A DNA stretch of 64,000 nucleotides from Candidatus Kinetoplastidibacterium crithidiae (GTDB lineage Bacteria; Pseudomonadota; Gammaproteobacteria; Burkholderiales; Burkholderiaceae_B), in the NCBI GenBank assembly GCA_019278155.1, contig JADMLC010000001.1:5162-69161 (forward strand), read 5' to 3'. Below, in pieces: positions 1-9,624 of the stretch (positions are counted from its first letter, which is position 1; each line of letters starts with the position of its first letter). A program made the position numbers and the translations under genes. The notes under the pieces were generated by a model. That model did no database searches. It saw nothing but the letters and a program-made list of their open reading frames with translations, and was not told where the DNA came from.

Positions 1-754
1 CTGTTTGTTTTTCGAATCCACTAACTGGACTCATACAATCATCCAGTATTACGATTTTTTTTATCTCTATAGGATTAAGATATTTAAAAAAATGTTCTAA
101 TGTTTTTTTTATGCAATGACTGCTTGCTTCGCCTGCTATTATTAACATATCGGAATTTTTTACAAATGATAATACTTGGTTATTATCTATTTCTTTATTT
201 GATATGTTATTAGGTATACATATTCCTGTTACTGCACTATATTGCTCTATTAATGGGTTTAATCCTTTCATTATGATATTTATATTTTTTAAATTATAGT
301 TTTCCCATTTTGTGTAGGCTTTATTTATATTACAATGAATATTATGTCCCCATGTACCTATTTGACAATGGACTGGCCAGACAATTAGTTCTTCTGAATA
401 ATGTGTTTCTAGATATTTTAGATATTTGTAAGAATATTGTTGTAAATTATGATTTTTTGGTATAATCAGTTTACTTTTTACATCCTCTGACTTTATAACT
501 TTAAATGGTTTAATTTCATTTCCATCAGAATTTTCCCAAAAGCTTGTAAGTGATATATCTATTCTATAATGACTATCCATGGTAATCATTATATCTGATA
601 TTTTTCTGATATTATTTTCTATAAATATAGATAATCTTTCCATGTCATGGTGTGCTCCTGGCACATACAGTGATGGCTTTTCTTTATTATGCCTAGTTTT
701 TAAAGCACAAAAATCATTCTGTGGATCTATTATTAGCAAATGTATCTTTTTCAT
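1..754 (-). CDS. isochorismatase-family cysteine hydrolase (nicotinamidase-like); C-terminal end cut off by window edge
   Basis: Absent from the ORF track because it runs off the window. Hand translation of the minus strand from ATG 754..752 stays open to position 1: MKKIHLLIIDPQNDFCALK...VWPVHCQIGTWGH...MLIIAGEASSHCIKKTLEHF...SPVSGFEKQT. The IDPQNDF (Asp) and AGEASSHC (Cys) motifs are typical of the isochorismatase/nicotinamidase fold. Confidence 0.65.
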   Translation of the reverse strand, partial: MKKIHLLIIDPQNDFCALKTRHNKEKPSLYVPGAHHDMERLSIFIENNIRKISDIMITMDSHYRIDISLTSFWENSDGNEIKPFKVIKSEDVKSKLIIPKNHNLQQYSYKYLKYLETHYSEELIVWPVHCQIGTWGHNIHCNINKAYTKWENYNLKNINIIMKGLNPLIEQYSAVTGICIPNNISNKEIDNNQVLSFVKNSDMLIIAGEASSHCIKKTLEHFFKYLNPIEIKKIVILDDCMSPVSGFEKQT

Positions 755-763
755 ATTACGGTT

Positions 764-3238
764 TCAGTTTTTATTTTTATTTTTATTTGATTTTTCAAAT
801 TCAAATGCTACCTTATCTTTTTTTATAATGAGAAAGGCTTTAAATTTTCTACGGGTTTTTGCAGAAATAAAACCATCTAGTAAATCTGTACGTTTTTCAC
901 GAAGTAATTTTATGACTTGATCTTTAGATATTTCTTGTTGAAGAATTTTTTTATTTAATTTGAAGTTACAATGATTTATTTCTGATAAATAGCCTTCACA
1001 TAAATAACTAGATTCATTTTCAAAAACAGAAAGATGACATTTGGGACATTTTCCTAGAATTTTATCTTCAGATTTATCAACAATAGAACTTTCAATTTTT
1101 TGTGGTGTACTATTAAATTCGAATTCTAATTTATAATCCTCATTTATTTTTAAAATAGCACTAAATGGTTTAAAGTTTTTACTAATAAAATTATCTAAAG
1201 GTCCAATTTTTTTATTCCTAATCAGTTCTTCTACTTCTTCTAATTCAAAAGTTCTTCCACTAGGGTATTTGCTTATGGAAAAATCACATTTGAGGCATGT
1301 ATATCTACGATAATTTTCTTTTATTATCCCATTACATTTAGGACAATTGCTTTCTAATGTTACATAATTTCCAGGAATATTATTATTTTCATATTCTTTT
1401 GCTTTTTTTACAATATTTTTTGTCATATTAATGATATCTGACATAAATTTTGAACGTTCTAATTTATTTTGTTCTATTTGTTTTAATTTATGTTCCCATT
1501 CTCCTGTAAGTTCAGGAGATGTTAGCTCTTTGACTTCTAAACCAGATAATAGAGTCATTAATTGGAATGTTTTTGATGTTGGAATAAGATCTTTACCTTC
1601 TCTACGTAGATAATTCTCTGTTAATAATCCTTCTATAATAGAGGCTCGAGTTGCTGGTGTTCCTAAACCTCTTTCATTTATTGCTTCTCGCAGTTCCTCA
1701 TCATTTACAAATTTTCCAGCTCCCTCCATTGCTGATAACAATGTTCCTTCATTATATCTTGCAGGTGGTTTTGTATATAGTTTATTTAAGTCAATAGAAT
1801 TAGTTATAACATTTTCATTTTCTTGAATGGAAATTAATTTGTCTCCATTTTCGGTTTTATTTTTTTCATATACAGATAACCAACCTGGTTTTGTTAGAAT
1901 TTTTTCCTCAGTTTTAAAAGTATGTTTGTTTACTTTTGTTAATCTGATAATATTCATATATTCAGCCGGAGGAAAGAATATTGCTAAAAATCTTTTTAAA
2001 AGTAATAGATATAATTTATATTCAAGATCATTTAATTTATTTGGTATTTGTAAAGTTGGTATTATCGCAAAGTGATCTGATACCTTTTTATTATCAAAAA
2101 TCCTTCTATTGGGTTGAATCCATTTGTTATTAGTAATTTGTAGAGCACAATTAGTTAAATAATTTTCTATGAATTTGGATTTGTTTTCTGCTATGGACTG
2201 AATAACATCATTTACAGTTTGTATATAGTCTTCTGGTAAATATCTAGAATCAGTACGTGGATAAGTTATTGCTTTATGTTTTTCGTATAATGCCTGAGCT
2301 AAGCCTAGAGTAGTTTTTGCTGAAAAGCCAAAATTATGATTAGCTTCTCTTTGCAGAGAAGTTAAATCGTATAAAGCAGGTGGTAATTGTGATATGGATT
2401 TAGTTTTTTCATTTGCTATGCCTGATTGATTAATACATTCTTGTTTAATTTTTTCTGCTTCTTGTTCATTCCATATTCTAGATTCTCTATTATCAGTATT
2501 AAGTTCATCTTTTTTAAATTTTGTATTTATCCATTTTGCATTATAAAGACCATTTTTTGCTTTAAAAGTAGCCAATATCTCCCAGTAATCTTTTGGTATA
2601 AAGTTTCTAATTATATTTTCACGATTATTAACTATAGCTAATGTAGGGGTTTGTACTCTTCCAACTGTTGTTTTAAAGAAACCTCCTTCTTTACTATTAA
2701 AAGCAGTCATTGCTCTAGTACCATTAATTCCAACTAGCCAATCAGCTTCTGCTCTTGATCTAGCAGCATACTCAAGGGGTTTAAGTAACTCATCATTTTT
2801 CAGATTATTAAATGCTGTACAAATAGCATTTTTAGTCATTGATTGTAACCATAACCGAAAGATCGGTTTTTTTGTTTTAGAAAATTGAATGATGTACCTA
2901 AATATTAATTCACCTTCTCTTCCTGCATCACAGGCATTTATTATGGATTCAATATCTTTGCGTTTTATGAGTTTGATAAGAGATTTTAGACGTTCTGATG
3001 ATTTCTTATCAGTTGGTACCAATTCAAAACTAGTAGGTATGACAGGTAGATTTGTAAAACTCCATTTTCCCTTAATCGGATCATTAGATGCTGTTAAACT
3101 TAATAAATGTCCTATACTAGATGATATTACATAATTTTCATTTTCATATATATCAATATTACGTGTAAAATTTCCAAGCGATTTCGAAATATCAAGTGCA
3201 ACTGATGGTTTTTCAGCAATAATCAACTGTTTTTTCAT
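764..3238 (-). CDS. topB: DNA topoisomerase III
   Basis: 824 aa. TOPRIM N-terminus (LIIAEKPS), type IA active-site region AITYPRTDSRYLP (TopB-like), and C-terminal CxxC zinc-ribbon repeats. Confidence 0.85.
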   Translation of the reverse strand: MKKQLIIAEKPSVALDISKSLGNFTRNIDIYENENYVISSSIGHLLSLTASNDPIKGKWSFTNLPVIPTSFELVPTDKKSSERLKSLIKLIKRKDIESIINACDAGREGELIFRYIIQFSKTKKPIFRLWLQSMTKNAICTAFNNLKNDELLKPLEYAARSRAEADWLVGINGTRAMTAFNSKEGGFFKTTVGRVQTPTLAIVNNRENIIRNFIPKDYWEILATFKAKNGLYNAKWINTKFKKDELNTDNRESRIWNEQEAEKIKQECINQSGIANEKTKSISQLPPALYDLTSLQREANHNFGFSAKTTLGLAQALYEKHKAITYPRTDSRYLPEDYIQTVNDVIQSIAENKSKFIENYLTNCALQITNNKWIQPNRRIFDNKKVSDHFAIIPTLQIPNKLNDLEYKLYLLLLKRFLAIFFPPAEYMNIIRLTKVNKHTFKTEEKILTKPGWLSVYEKNKTENGDKLISIQENENVITNSIDLNKLYTKPPARYNEGTLLSAMEGAGKFVNDEELREAINERGLGTPATRASIIEGLLTENYLRREGKDLIPTSKTFQLMTLLSGLEVKELTSPELTGEWEHKLKQIEQNKLERSKFMSDIINMTKNIVKKAKEYENNNIPGNYVTLESNCPKCNGIIKENYRRYTCLKCDFSISKYPSGRTFELEEVEELIRNKKIGPLDNFISKNFKPFSAILKINEDYKLEFEFNSTPQKIESSIVDKSEDKILGKCPKCHLSVFENESSYLCEGYLSEINHCNFKLNKKILQQEISKDQVIKLLREKRTDLLDGFISAKTRRKFKAFLIIKKDKVAFEFEKSNKNKNKN

Positions 3239-3565
3239 ATAAGTCCAAATGAGTAAGTATAAATAATGAGTTATTTAACTAGTTTAATAAACAAATTATC
3301 GCTTGTTTTTGAGAAATGTCAGTTTACTATAATGGATGGTATAGTTAACTCTATTAATCTTTATTAACAAAATACATTATCTATGTTAACTTAATCTTCT
3401 TTTTAGTAAAATTAAAATTCTTATTATTTATTTTTATGCTTCTATATGTCGAACACTATTATAAATAATTTCAATTCACTATATATTTACATTTTATAAT
3501 TTTCAATGAAAATATTTTGATTAAATTGTAACTTATTATATTATTAACTTTGTGGTAGAAATATT

Positions 3566-4762
3566 ATGGAATTTAGTAAATTTGATGTTAGTTCTCTTAT
3601 GGAAATAACTAAACGTCCAGATTTGTTATTTGTCAAAGGGTCTGGATCGTGGTTAGAAGACCAAAATGGAAAACGTTACTTAGATTTTATACAAGGATGG
3701 GCTGTTAATGCTTTAGGTCATTCTTCTCCAGAAATGGTATTAGCCTTAAGAAATCAATCGCAATTATTAATTAATCCCTCACCTGCTTTTTATAATATAC
3801 CGTCTATAAATTTAGCTTCTCGTTTAACTCATAATTCTTGTTTTGATAAAGTTTTCTTTGCTAATAGTGGAGCAGAAGCAAATGAAGGAGCTATTAAGTT
3901 AGCAAGAAAGTGGGGGCAAATTAATAAAAAAGGAGCATATAAAATCATAACCATGAAAGATAGCTTTCATGGTCGTACTATAGCGACTATGTCTGCATCT
4001 GGAAAACCAGGATGGGATACAATTTTTGAACCTCAAGTGGATGGTTTTTTAAAGGCTGAGATAAATGATATATCGTCTGTGGAATCTTTAATAGATGACA
4101 ACGTTGTAGCTATTATGTTAGAACCAATACAGGGTGAGGCTGGTGTTATTCCTGCACATATTGATTTTTTAAAAGACCTGAGAATTCTTGCTAATAAATA
4201 TAATTTGTTATTAATAGTAGATGAGGTACAGACTGGTATGGGTAGAACAGGTAAACTGTTTGCATACCAGTATTCTGATATTGAGCCAGATATTATGACA
4301 CTAGGTAAAGGTATAGGAGGAGGACTACCTTTATCCGCCTTGCTCGCGCGTGAAGATGTTTGTGTATTTGCTTACGGTGATCAAGGTGGAACATATAATG
4401 GTAATCCTTTATGTACAGCAGTTGGGTTAGCTGTATTTGATACTATAAGTAAAAAAGAATTTTTGGATTCTGTCTTGAGAAAAGCTGATAGATTATCTAA
4501 GGGATTAATGTATTTATCTGATAAATATTCATTGTTAGGAGAAAGAGGTTCTGGTTTATTAAGAGCCTTGGTGTTATCTAGTAATGATGCTAACAAGATT
4601 GTTGAAGAGGCTAGAAATTTAACACCAGAAGGATTGTTATTAAATGCTCCGCGCCCAAATTTATTACGTTTTATGCCATCATTAAATGTAACAGATGCAG
4701 AAATAGATCTTTTGCTAGAAAAATTAGATCATATTTTTCAAAAAAATAAAAACCTTTATTAA
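3566..4762 (+). CDS. argD: acetylornithine aminotransferase (class III PLP aminotransferase)
   Basis: 398 aa. Motifs SGAEANEGAIKLARKW, DEVQTGMGRTGKLFA and the PLP-lysine region TLGKGIGGG. Confidence 0.8.
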   Translation: MEFSKFDVSSLMEITKRPDLLFVKGSGSWLEDQNGKRYLDFIQGWAVNALGHSSPEMVLALRNQSQLLINPSPAFYNIPSINLASRLTHNSCFDKVFFANSGAEANEGAIKLARKWGQINKKGAYKIITMKDSFHGRTIATMSASGKPGWDTIFEPQVDGFLKAEINDISSVESLIDDNVVAIMLEPIQGEAGVIPAHIDFLKDLRILANKYNLLLIVDEVQTGMGRTGKLFAYQYSDIEPDIMTLGKGIGGGLPLSALLAREDVCVFAYGDQGGTYNGNPLCTAVGLAVFDTISKKEFLDSVLRKADRLSKGLMYLSDKYSLLGERGSGLLRALVLSSNDANKIVEEARNLTPEGLLLNAPRPNLLRFMPSLNVTDAEIDLLLEKLDHIFQKNKNLY

Positions 4763-4787
4763 CTATTTAGGAATCTAGTACTTTTTG

Positions 4788-5429
4788 TTAAGAAATAGTA
4801 TTAGATTCCGAGCGGTATTTATTAACCAATTTTTCTATTTCTTCTATGGTATCAATATAATTATTACCAGCAAGTGTTGGCGATGTCAAATATTCACCAC
4901 CTATAATAAAAATAGGTATTTCTTGTATATTGCAAAAATGAAAAAGATTGTTGGCTTGTTTAGTTTTTATTTCAATTCCGAAGGAGTTGAATACTTTATT
5001 AAATTCCTTAATAGAAATTTGATGTTTTAATAACCAGTTTTCTAGGTTTTTATGTTTTTTAAAGAAAAATCTATCTTTTTTAATAGCATTAAATATTTCT
5101 ATATTAAGCTCTGCTTTATTAAGGAACTCAATAGTAAAGTAAATTTTTTGTAATTGTTTAGTATAATCATTAGTGGCAATTGGTATTTTTATTATTTTTA
5201 CATCATTTGAAATATTTTTAGACCATTTATTTAAATATATTTCTATTTCATTACAGTGTTTACACATATAAGAAAAAAATTCAATAATCTCTATTGAATT
5301 TTCTTGTGATGTAGGTATTTTGATATCTAATATTTTGTATTTACTTTTAGTTGCATAAGAAGTATTAGAAAAAAAACATACTATTATTATCGTTATGAGC
5401 AATTTCCTAAAACTGGATAATCTATTCAT
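4788..5429 (-). CDS. dsbA: thiol:disulfide interchange protein DsbA-like
   Basis: 213 aa. N-terminal signal-like hydrophobic segment and thioredoxin-fold CxxC (FFSYMCKHCNE). Confidence 0.7.
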   Translation of the reverse strand: MNRLSSFRKLLITIIIVCFFSNTSYATKSKYKILDIKIPTSQENSIEIIEFFSYMCKHCNEIEIYLNKWSKNISNDVKIIKIPIATNDYTKQLQKIYFTIEFLNKAELNIEIFNAIKKDRFFFKKHKNLENWLLKHQISIKEFNKVFNSFGIEIKTKQANNLFHFCNIQEIPIFIIGGEYLTSPTLAGNNYIDTIEEIEKLVNKYRSESNTIS

Positions 5430-5510
5430 ACTCTCTAGGTATTTATTTCAAAGATCATTATAAGATTTTATTTATAAATGCAAATTTAAAGCAGATCTTA
5501 ATAGTAGTTA

Positions 5511-7205
5511 TTACATTTCTTCAGGTATAGATACCCCTAATAAATTTAAACCATTTCTTAATACTTGTAATGTAGCATTTATCAAACGTAGTCTAGCTAG
5601 TTTCAAATTTTCTTGTTCTACTATAACATGTTCTGAGTTATACCAAGAATGACAATCTGCTGCACATTCTTGTAGCCAGAATGCTATATAATGTGGTGAT
5701 AATTCATCAGCTGATTGTTTTATGATAGAAGGAAATTCAGATAGACGTTTTATCAAATTTATTTCAGAAGAAGTTGTTAAAAGGTTAATATCAGATTTTT
5801 GAATTATAGAATGATCTATATTTGCCTTTTTTAATATCGAGTTTAATCTTGCATACGCATATTGTATATAGTAAACAGGGTTTTCTTCTTTTTGAGAAAT
5901 TGCTAAATCTATATCAAAAATAAATTCTGTATCTGCACGACGTTGTATAAGAAAGTAACGTGCTGCATCACGACCTACCCAATTTATTAGATCTCGCATG
6001 GTAACATATGTACCTGACCTTTTAGATATTTTTATTTCTTCACCATTACTAATAATTTTTACCATTTTATGTAAAACATATTGAGGATAGTTTTTTGGTA
6101 TCTTATTTGATAAGGCTTGTAACCCAGCACGCACACGAGATACCGTTCCATGATGATCACTACCTTGTATGTTTATCGCTTTATGGAATCCTCTATCCCA
6201 TTTTGTTTTGTGATAGGCTACATCTGGTACAAAATATGTATAGCTGCCATCATTACTTTTGCGCATTACTCTATCTTTATCATCACCAGTAATAGCAGTT
6301 GTTTTTAGCCATAGAGCACCTTCATATTCATAAGTATATCCACTTTTTATCAATGCTTGTACGGTTTGTTCCACTTTTCCAGAAGTATACAAGGAACTTT
6401 CTAGGTAATAATTATCAAATATTAAACCAAACGATTTTAGGTCTATATCTTGTTCTTTGCGTAAGTAAGCAATAGCAAATGTTTGAATATCATTTAAACA
6501 GTCTATGTTACCAGATGCAATGGTTTTTGAACCATCAATATTATCTACAGATTCTTTATTGATAAAAGCTTTAGCAATATCTATAATGTACTCGCCATGG
6601 TATAGATCTTTATTTTTAGGTTCTGATATATCAAAGTCTATATTTTTAGCTCTTGACTGCACGCTTATAGCTAAATTATGTATTTGATTACCTGAGTCAT
6701 TGTAATAAAATTCACTTACTACATGCCATCCAACTGCTTTATAAATTTGGCAAATAGCACTACCTAATGCTGCTTGTCTTGCATGACCAACATGTAATGG
6801 TCCTGTAGGATTAGCTGATACAAATTCTACTAATACATTTTTGTTTTCTAAACTATTTGTGGTATGGCCATATTTGTTCCCATGTAGTTCTATCTCAGCA
6901 AATACTTCCATCATAGCGTTTTTGCTAATATAAAAGTTAATAAAACCAGGTTTAACAATTTCTATATTAGAAATAATTTTTTTGCTATCTATGTTTTCAT
7001 TGAATTTATCTACAATATTTTGTGCCAGATCCATAGGATTTTTGTTAATTTTTTTTGCTATGCGCATGGCTATATTAGTAGATATATCGCCGTATAGTTT
7101 TATCTTTGGTTTTTCTAAAATTACTTCTATTTCACTATCAGGTACCAAATCATGAACTGCAGATTTAATGAGATTAATTAATATTTTTTTTTGATTTGGC
7201 AGCAT
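5511..7205 (-). CDS. argS: arginine--tRNA ligase
   Basis: 564 aa. Class I motifs ANPTGPLHVGHAR and a KMSKS-like KISKRSG, with a full-length ArgS-like layout. Confidence 0.95.
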   Translation of the reverse strand: MLPNQKKILINLIKSAVHDLVPDSEIEVILEKPKIKLYGDISTNIAMRIAKKINKNPMDLAQNIVDKFNENIDSKKIISNIEIVKPGFINFYISKNAMMEVFAEIELHGNKYGHTTNSLENKNVLVEFVSANPTGPLHVGHARQAALGSAICQIYKAVGWHVVSEFYYNDSGNQIHNLAISVQSRAKNIDFDISEPKNKDLYHGEYIIDIAKAFINKESVDNIDGSKTIASGNIDCLNDIQTFAIAYLRKEQDIDLKSFGLIFDNYYLESSLYTSGKVEQTVQALIKSGYTYEYEGALWLKTTAITGDDKDRVMRKSNDGSYTYFVPDVAYHKTKWDRGFHKAINIQGSDHHGTVSRVRAGLQALSNKIPKNYPQYVLHKMVKIISNGEEIKISKRSGTYVTMRDLINWVGRDAARYFLIQRRADTEFIFDIDLAISQKEENPVYYIQYAYARLNSILKKANIDHSIIQKSDINLLTTSSEINLIKRLSEFPSIIKQSADELSPHYIAFWLQECAADCHSWYNSEHVIVEQENLKLARLRLINATLQVLRNGLNLLGVSIPEEM

Positions 7206-7261
7206 AATGTATATTTCTAATACAAGGTTATTATTTGTTATGAGCTATATTATAAAATATT

Positions 7262-7297
7262 CAATAATCATGAATATTTTGATATTCATGATTATTG
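7262..7297 (-). terminator. perfect 16-bp stem / 4-nt loop hairpin between leuA stop and argS start (candidate intrinsic terminator or processing site)
   Basis: CAATAATCATGAATAT-TTTG-ATATTCATGATTATTG. The arms 7262..7277 and 7282..7297 are exact reverse complements. The hairpin lies 12 nt after the leuA stop, and the downstream minus-strand sequence is only moderately T-rich. Confidence 0.4.
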
Positions 7298-7308
7298 TCC
7301 AAGTTAAT

Positions 7309-8991
7309 TTATGAAGATGATTCAGTTGATTTTATGTGCCTATTAATAGCACTTAATACAGCGCTGAATGAAGCAGTAACTATATCTCTATCTATGCCAA
7401 CACCAAATACAGTATTAGAACCATCTATCCTGAGTTCAACATAACAAGCAGCTTTAGTATTAGTGTTAGCTCCTATAGAATGTTCATGATAACTCATTAT
7501 TCTTGCAGGTATACCTAAAGAAGATATAAATGCAGATATAGCACCATTACCTTCTCCTTTTACTAGACGTTTTTCACTGTTATATTCTAATTCAGCTTCA
7601 ATTTTAAAATGTTTGGCTTCAATTTCACTAGGATCTCCATCGATACGATGACGTATCAATTTCCATGGGTTATTTTGATCCAGATACTCTTCTTTAAATG
7701 TTTTATAAACTTCTTCTGCTGTTACTTCCCTTCCTGTTTTGTCGGTAATTCTTTGTATATATCGACTAAATTCAATTTGTAGTCTTCTAGGTAATGAAAG
7801 TCCATACTCACGTTCTAATAGATAAGATACCCCACCTTTTCCAGATTGGCTATTGACTCTTATGACTGCATCATAACTACGTCCTAAATCTGCAGGATCT
7901 ATAGGAAGATATGGTACTTCCCATAATTCATCAGATTGTTGTTTCGCCATTCCCTTTTTAATTGCATCTTGGTGGGAGCCAGAAAATGCAGTGAAGACCA
8001 AATCACCAACATAAGGGTGTCTTGGATTTGTTGACATCTGTGTACAGTATTCTACACAACGTCTAACTTCGTCTATATCAGAAAAATCTAAATTAGGACT
8101 AATTCCTTGTGTATACAGATTCAAAGCTAGAGTCAGAAGATCAACATTGCCTGTACGTTCTCCATGGCCAAACAAACATCCTTCTACACGGTCAGCACCA
8201 GCCATTAAAGCTAATTCAGCCGCAGCTACAGCTGTTCCTCTATCATTATGAGGGTGTACACTGATAATAACATTTTCTCTGTTATTTATATTTCTATGCA
8301 TCCATTCTATTTGATCTGCATATACATTAGGGGTAGATGATTCAATAGTAGCTGGTAGGTTAAGGATCATCTTATTGGTATTTGTTGGCTGATAAATGTC
8401 AATAACTGTATTTGCTACATCTAAAGCAAAATCTAATTCTGTGCTACTAAAAACTTCTATAGAATATTCATAACGCCAATTAGTCTGTGGATATTGACTA
8501 AATAATTCTTTTACAAGTATTGTGCCATCGACAGCAATTTTTTTTATCTCATCACGGCTCATATTAAAAACTATCTTTCTAAAAGAAGGAGCACATGCAT
8601 TGTATAAATGAATTATGCCATTCTTGGCTCCTGCTACAGCTTCTATTGTTCTTTTAATCAAATCTTCGCGAGCTTGTGTAAGAACTGAGATAGTGACATC
8701 TTCAGGAATATATTCATCATCTATTAATTTTCTTACAAAATCAAAATCAGTCTGAGAAGCTGAAGGAAAACCAACTTCTATTTCTTTAAATCCAATTTTG
8801 AGTAATTGTTCAAAAAAACTAATTTTTCTTTCGACATTCATAGGCTCTATTAAAGCTTGATTTCCATCACGTAAATCAGTGCTTAGCCAGATAGGTGCTT
8901 TAGCAATTTTTTTGCTAGGCCATGTGCGATCTGAATAGTCCTTAGTAAATGGACGAAATGGTACATATTTATTAGCTGGTTTGGCAAGCAT
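7309..8991 (-). CDS. leuA: 2-isopropylmalate synthase (long form)
   Basis: 560 aa. Motifs [17 protein letters not shown] and GHGERTGN, plus a C-terminal LeuA regulatory domain. Confidence 0.9.
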   Translation of the reverse strand: MLAKPANKYVPFRPFTKDYSDRTWPSKKIAKAPIWLSTDLRDGNQALIEPMNVERKISFFEQLLKIGFKEIEVGFPSASQTDFDFVRKLIDDEYIPEDVTISVLTQAREDLIKRTIEAVAGAKNGIIHLYNACAPSFRKIVFNMSRDEIKKIAVDGTILVKELFSQYPQTNWRYEYSIEVFSSTELDFALDVANTVIDIYQPTNTNKMILNLPATIESSTPNVYADQIEWMHRNINNRENVIISVHPHNDRGTAVAAAELALMAGADRVEGCLFGHGERTGNVDLLTLALNLYTQGISPNLDFSDIDEVRRCVEYCTQMSTNPRHPYVGDLVFTAFSGSHQDAIKKGMAKQQSDELWEVPYLPIDPADLGRSYDAVIRVNSQSGKGGVSYLLEREYGLSLPRRLQIEFSRYIQRITDKTGREVTAEEVYKTFKEEYLDQNNPWKLIRHRIDGDPSEIEAKHFKIEAELEYNSEKRLVKGEGNGAISAFISSLGIPARIMSYHEHSIGANTNTKAACYVELRIDGSNTVFGVGIDRDIVTASFSAVLSAINRHIKSTESSS

Positions 8992-9240
8992 AATATTAAA
9001 ATCCGTAAGTCTTTAAATTGTTTTTACAAAAATTAAATTAAAATTTACATAGAGACTATTTATATGATAATAAAATCCATGTGAATAGAATGATAATGAT
9101 AATTATTACATTTTACGATCTATATGTAAAAATAATGTATTTTTAATTTTATATAAAGTTCTAATATTGCAAATTAAGATTGTATTTTAACATGTATTCT
9201 TAATAAGAGAACTATTTAGAATGTATGTAATTGTTATATT

Positions 9241-9612
9241 TTATTGTTTTGTTAGATCTAATAGAGGTATTTCAGTAATATTATTGGGATTTATAATTAA
9301 TCTTTTTGCAACTGCTTCGTTGCTATTATTTGAGTTATTGGTATTTTCTATATCAGTTTCCACTAGAGAAATGGTATTTATTTGTTTTGTGTTATTTATT
9401 GATAAATCAGGATTACCAAGAGTTCCATTTATGAGTGGTTGAGGAGGCTGCACTATAAATCTTTGACCTTTTGCATTTAAAACTTCTTTTTGAGAATAAT
9501 TATTATTAATTTTATTAACATTGAAGGTCATATTATGAAATAAGTTTTTTTCTATAACAATTCCAATGATAATTGTTATAGATATGAAAATTAGTGCTTT
9601 TTTTGTAACCAT
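9241..9612 (-). CDS. hypothetical membrane-anchored protein (N-terminal TM helix, Asn-rich)
   Basis: 123-aa ORF starting 12 nt after the prfC stop on the same strand. It has one N-terminal hydrophobic helix (ALIFISITIIIGIVI). I recognise no family. Confidence 0.4.
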   Translation of the reverse strand: MVTKKALIFISITIIIGIVIEKNLFHNMTFNVNKINNNYSQKEVLNAKGQRFIVQPPQPLINGTLGNPDLSINNTKQINTISLVETDIENTNNSNNSNEAVAKRLIINPNNITEIPLLDLTKQ

Positions 9613-9624
9613 AAGTATATTTTA

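Noticed and set aside
764-800. Lys-Asn repeat tail (KSNKNKNKN) at the TopB C-terminus, encoded by a TTTTTA-type microsatellite.
   Set aside because: This is typical AT-bias-driven low-complexity extension at a protein terminus, with no evidence of function.
579-920. 113-aa plus-strand ORF. The same reasoning covers many other track ORFs, for example 1431..1613, 1827..2075, 2426..2641, 15380..15670, 15770..16063, 27094..27423, 35881..36288, 36722..37117, 37295..37639, 39343..39702 and 63141..63491.
   Set aside because: All lie antisense to, or out of frame within, long genes with unambiguous conserved motifs. Their translations are low-complexity and rich in Phe, Ile, Leu and Ser, as expected from reading AT-rich coding DNA in the wrong frame. 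They have no motifs or ribosome-binding sites, so I treat them as shadow ORFs.
3239-3565. 327-bp topB/argD divergent spacer, scanned for ARG boxes and palindromes.
   Set aside because: Only loose AT-rich half-matches are present (for example TCAATGAAAATATTTTGA), with no convincing 18-bp ARG-box palindrome.
9060-9080. Mini-ORF MDFIII* upstream of leuA, considered as a possible leucine/branched-chain leader peptide.
   Set aside because: It has no Leu codons, no downstream terminator or antiterminator hairpin, and no Shine-Dalgarno sequence. A 6-codon ORF is expected by chance in AT-rich DNA.
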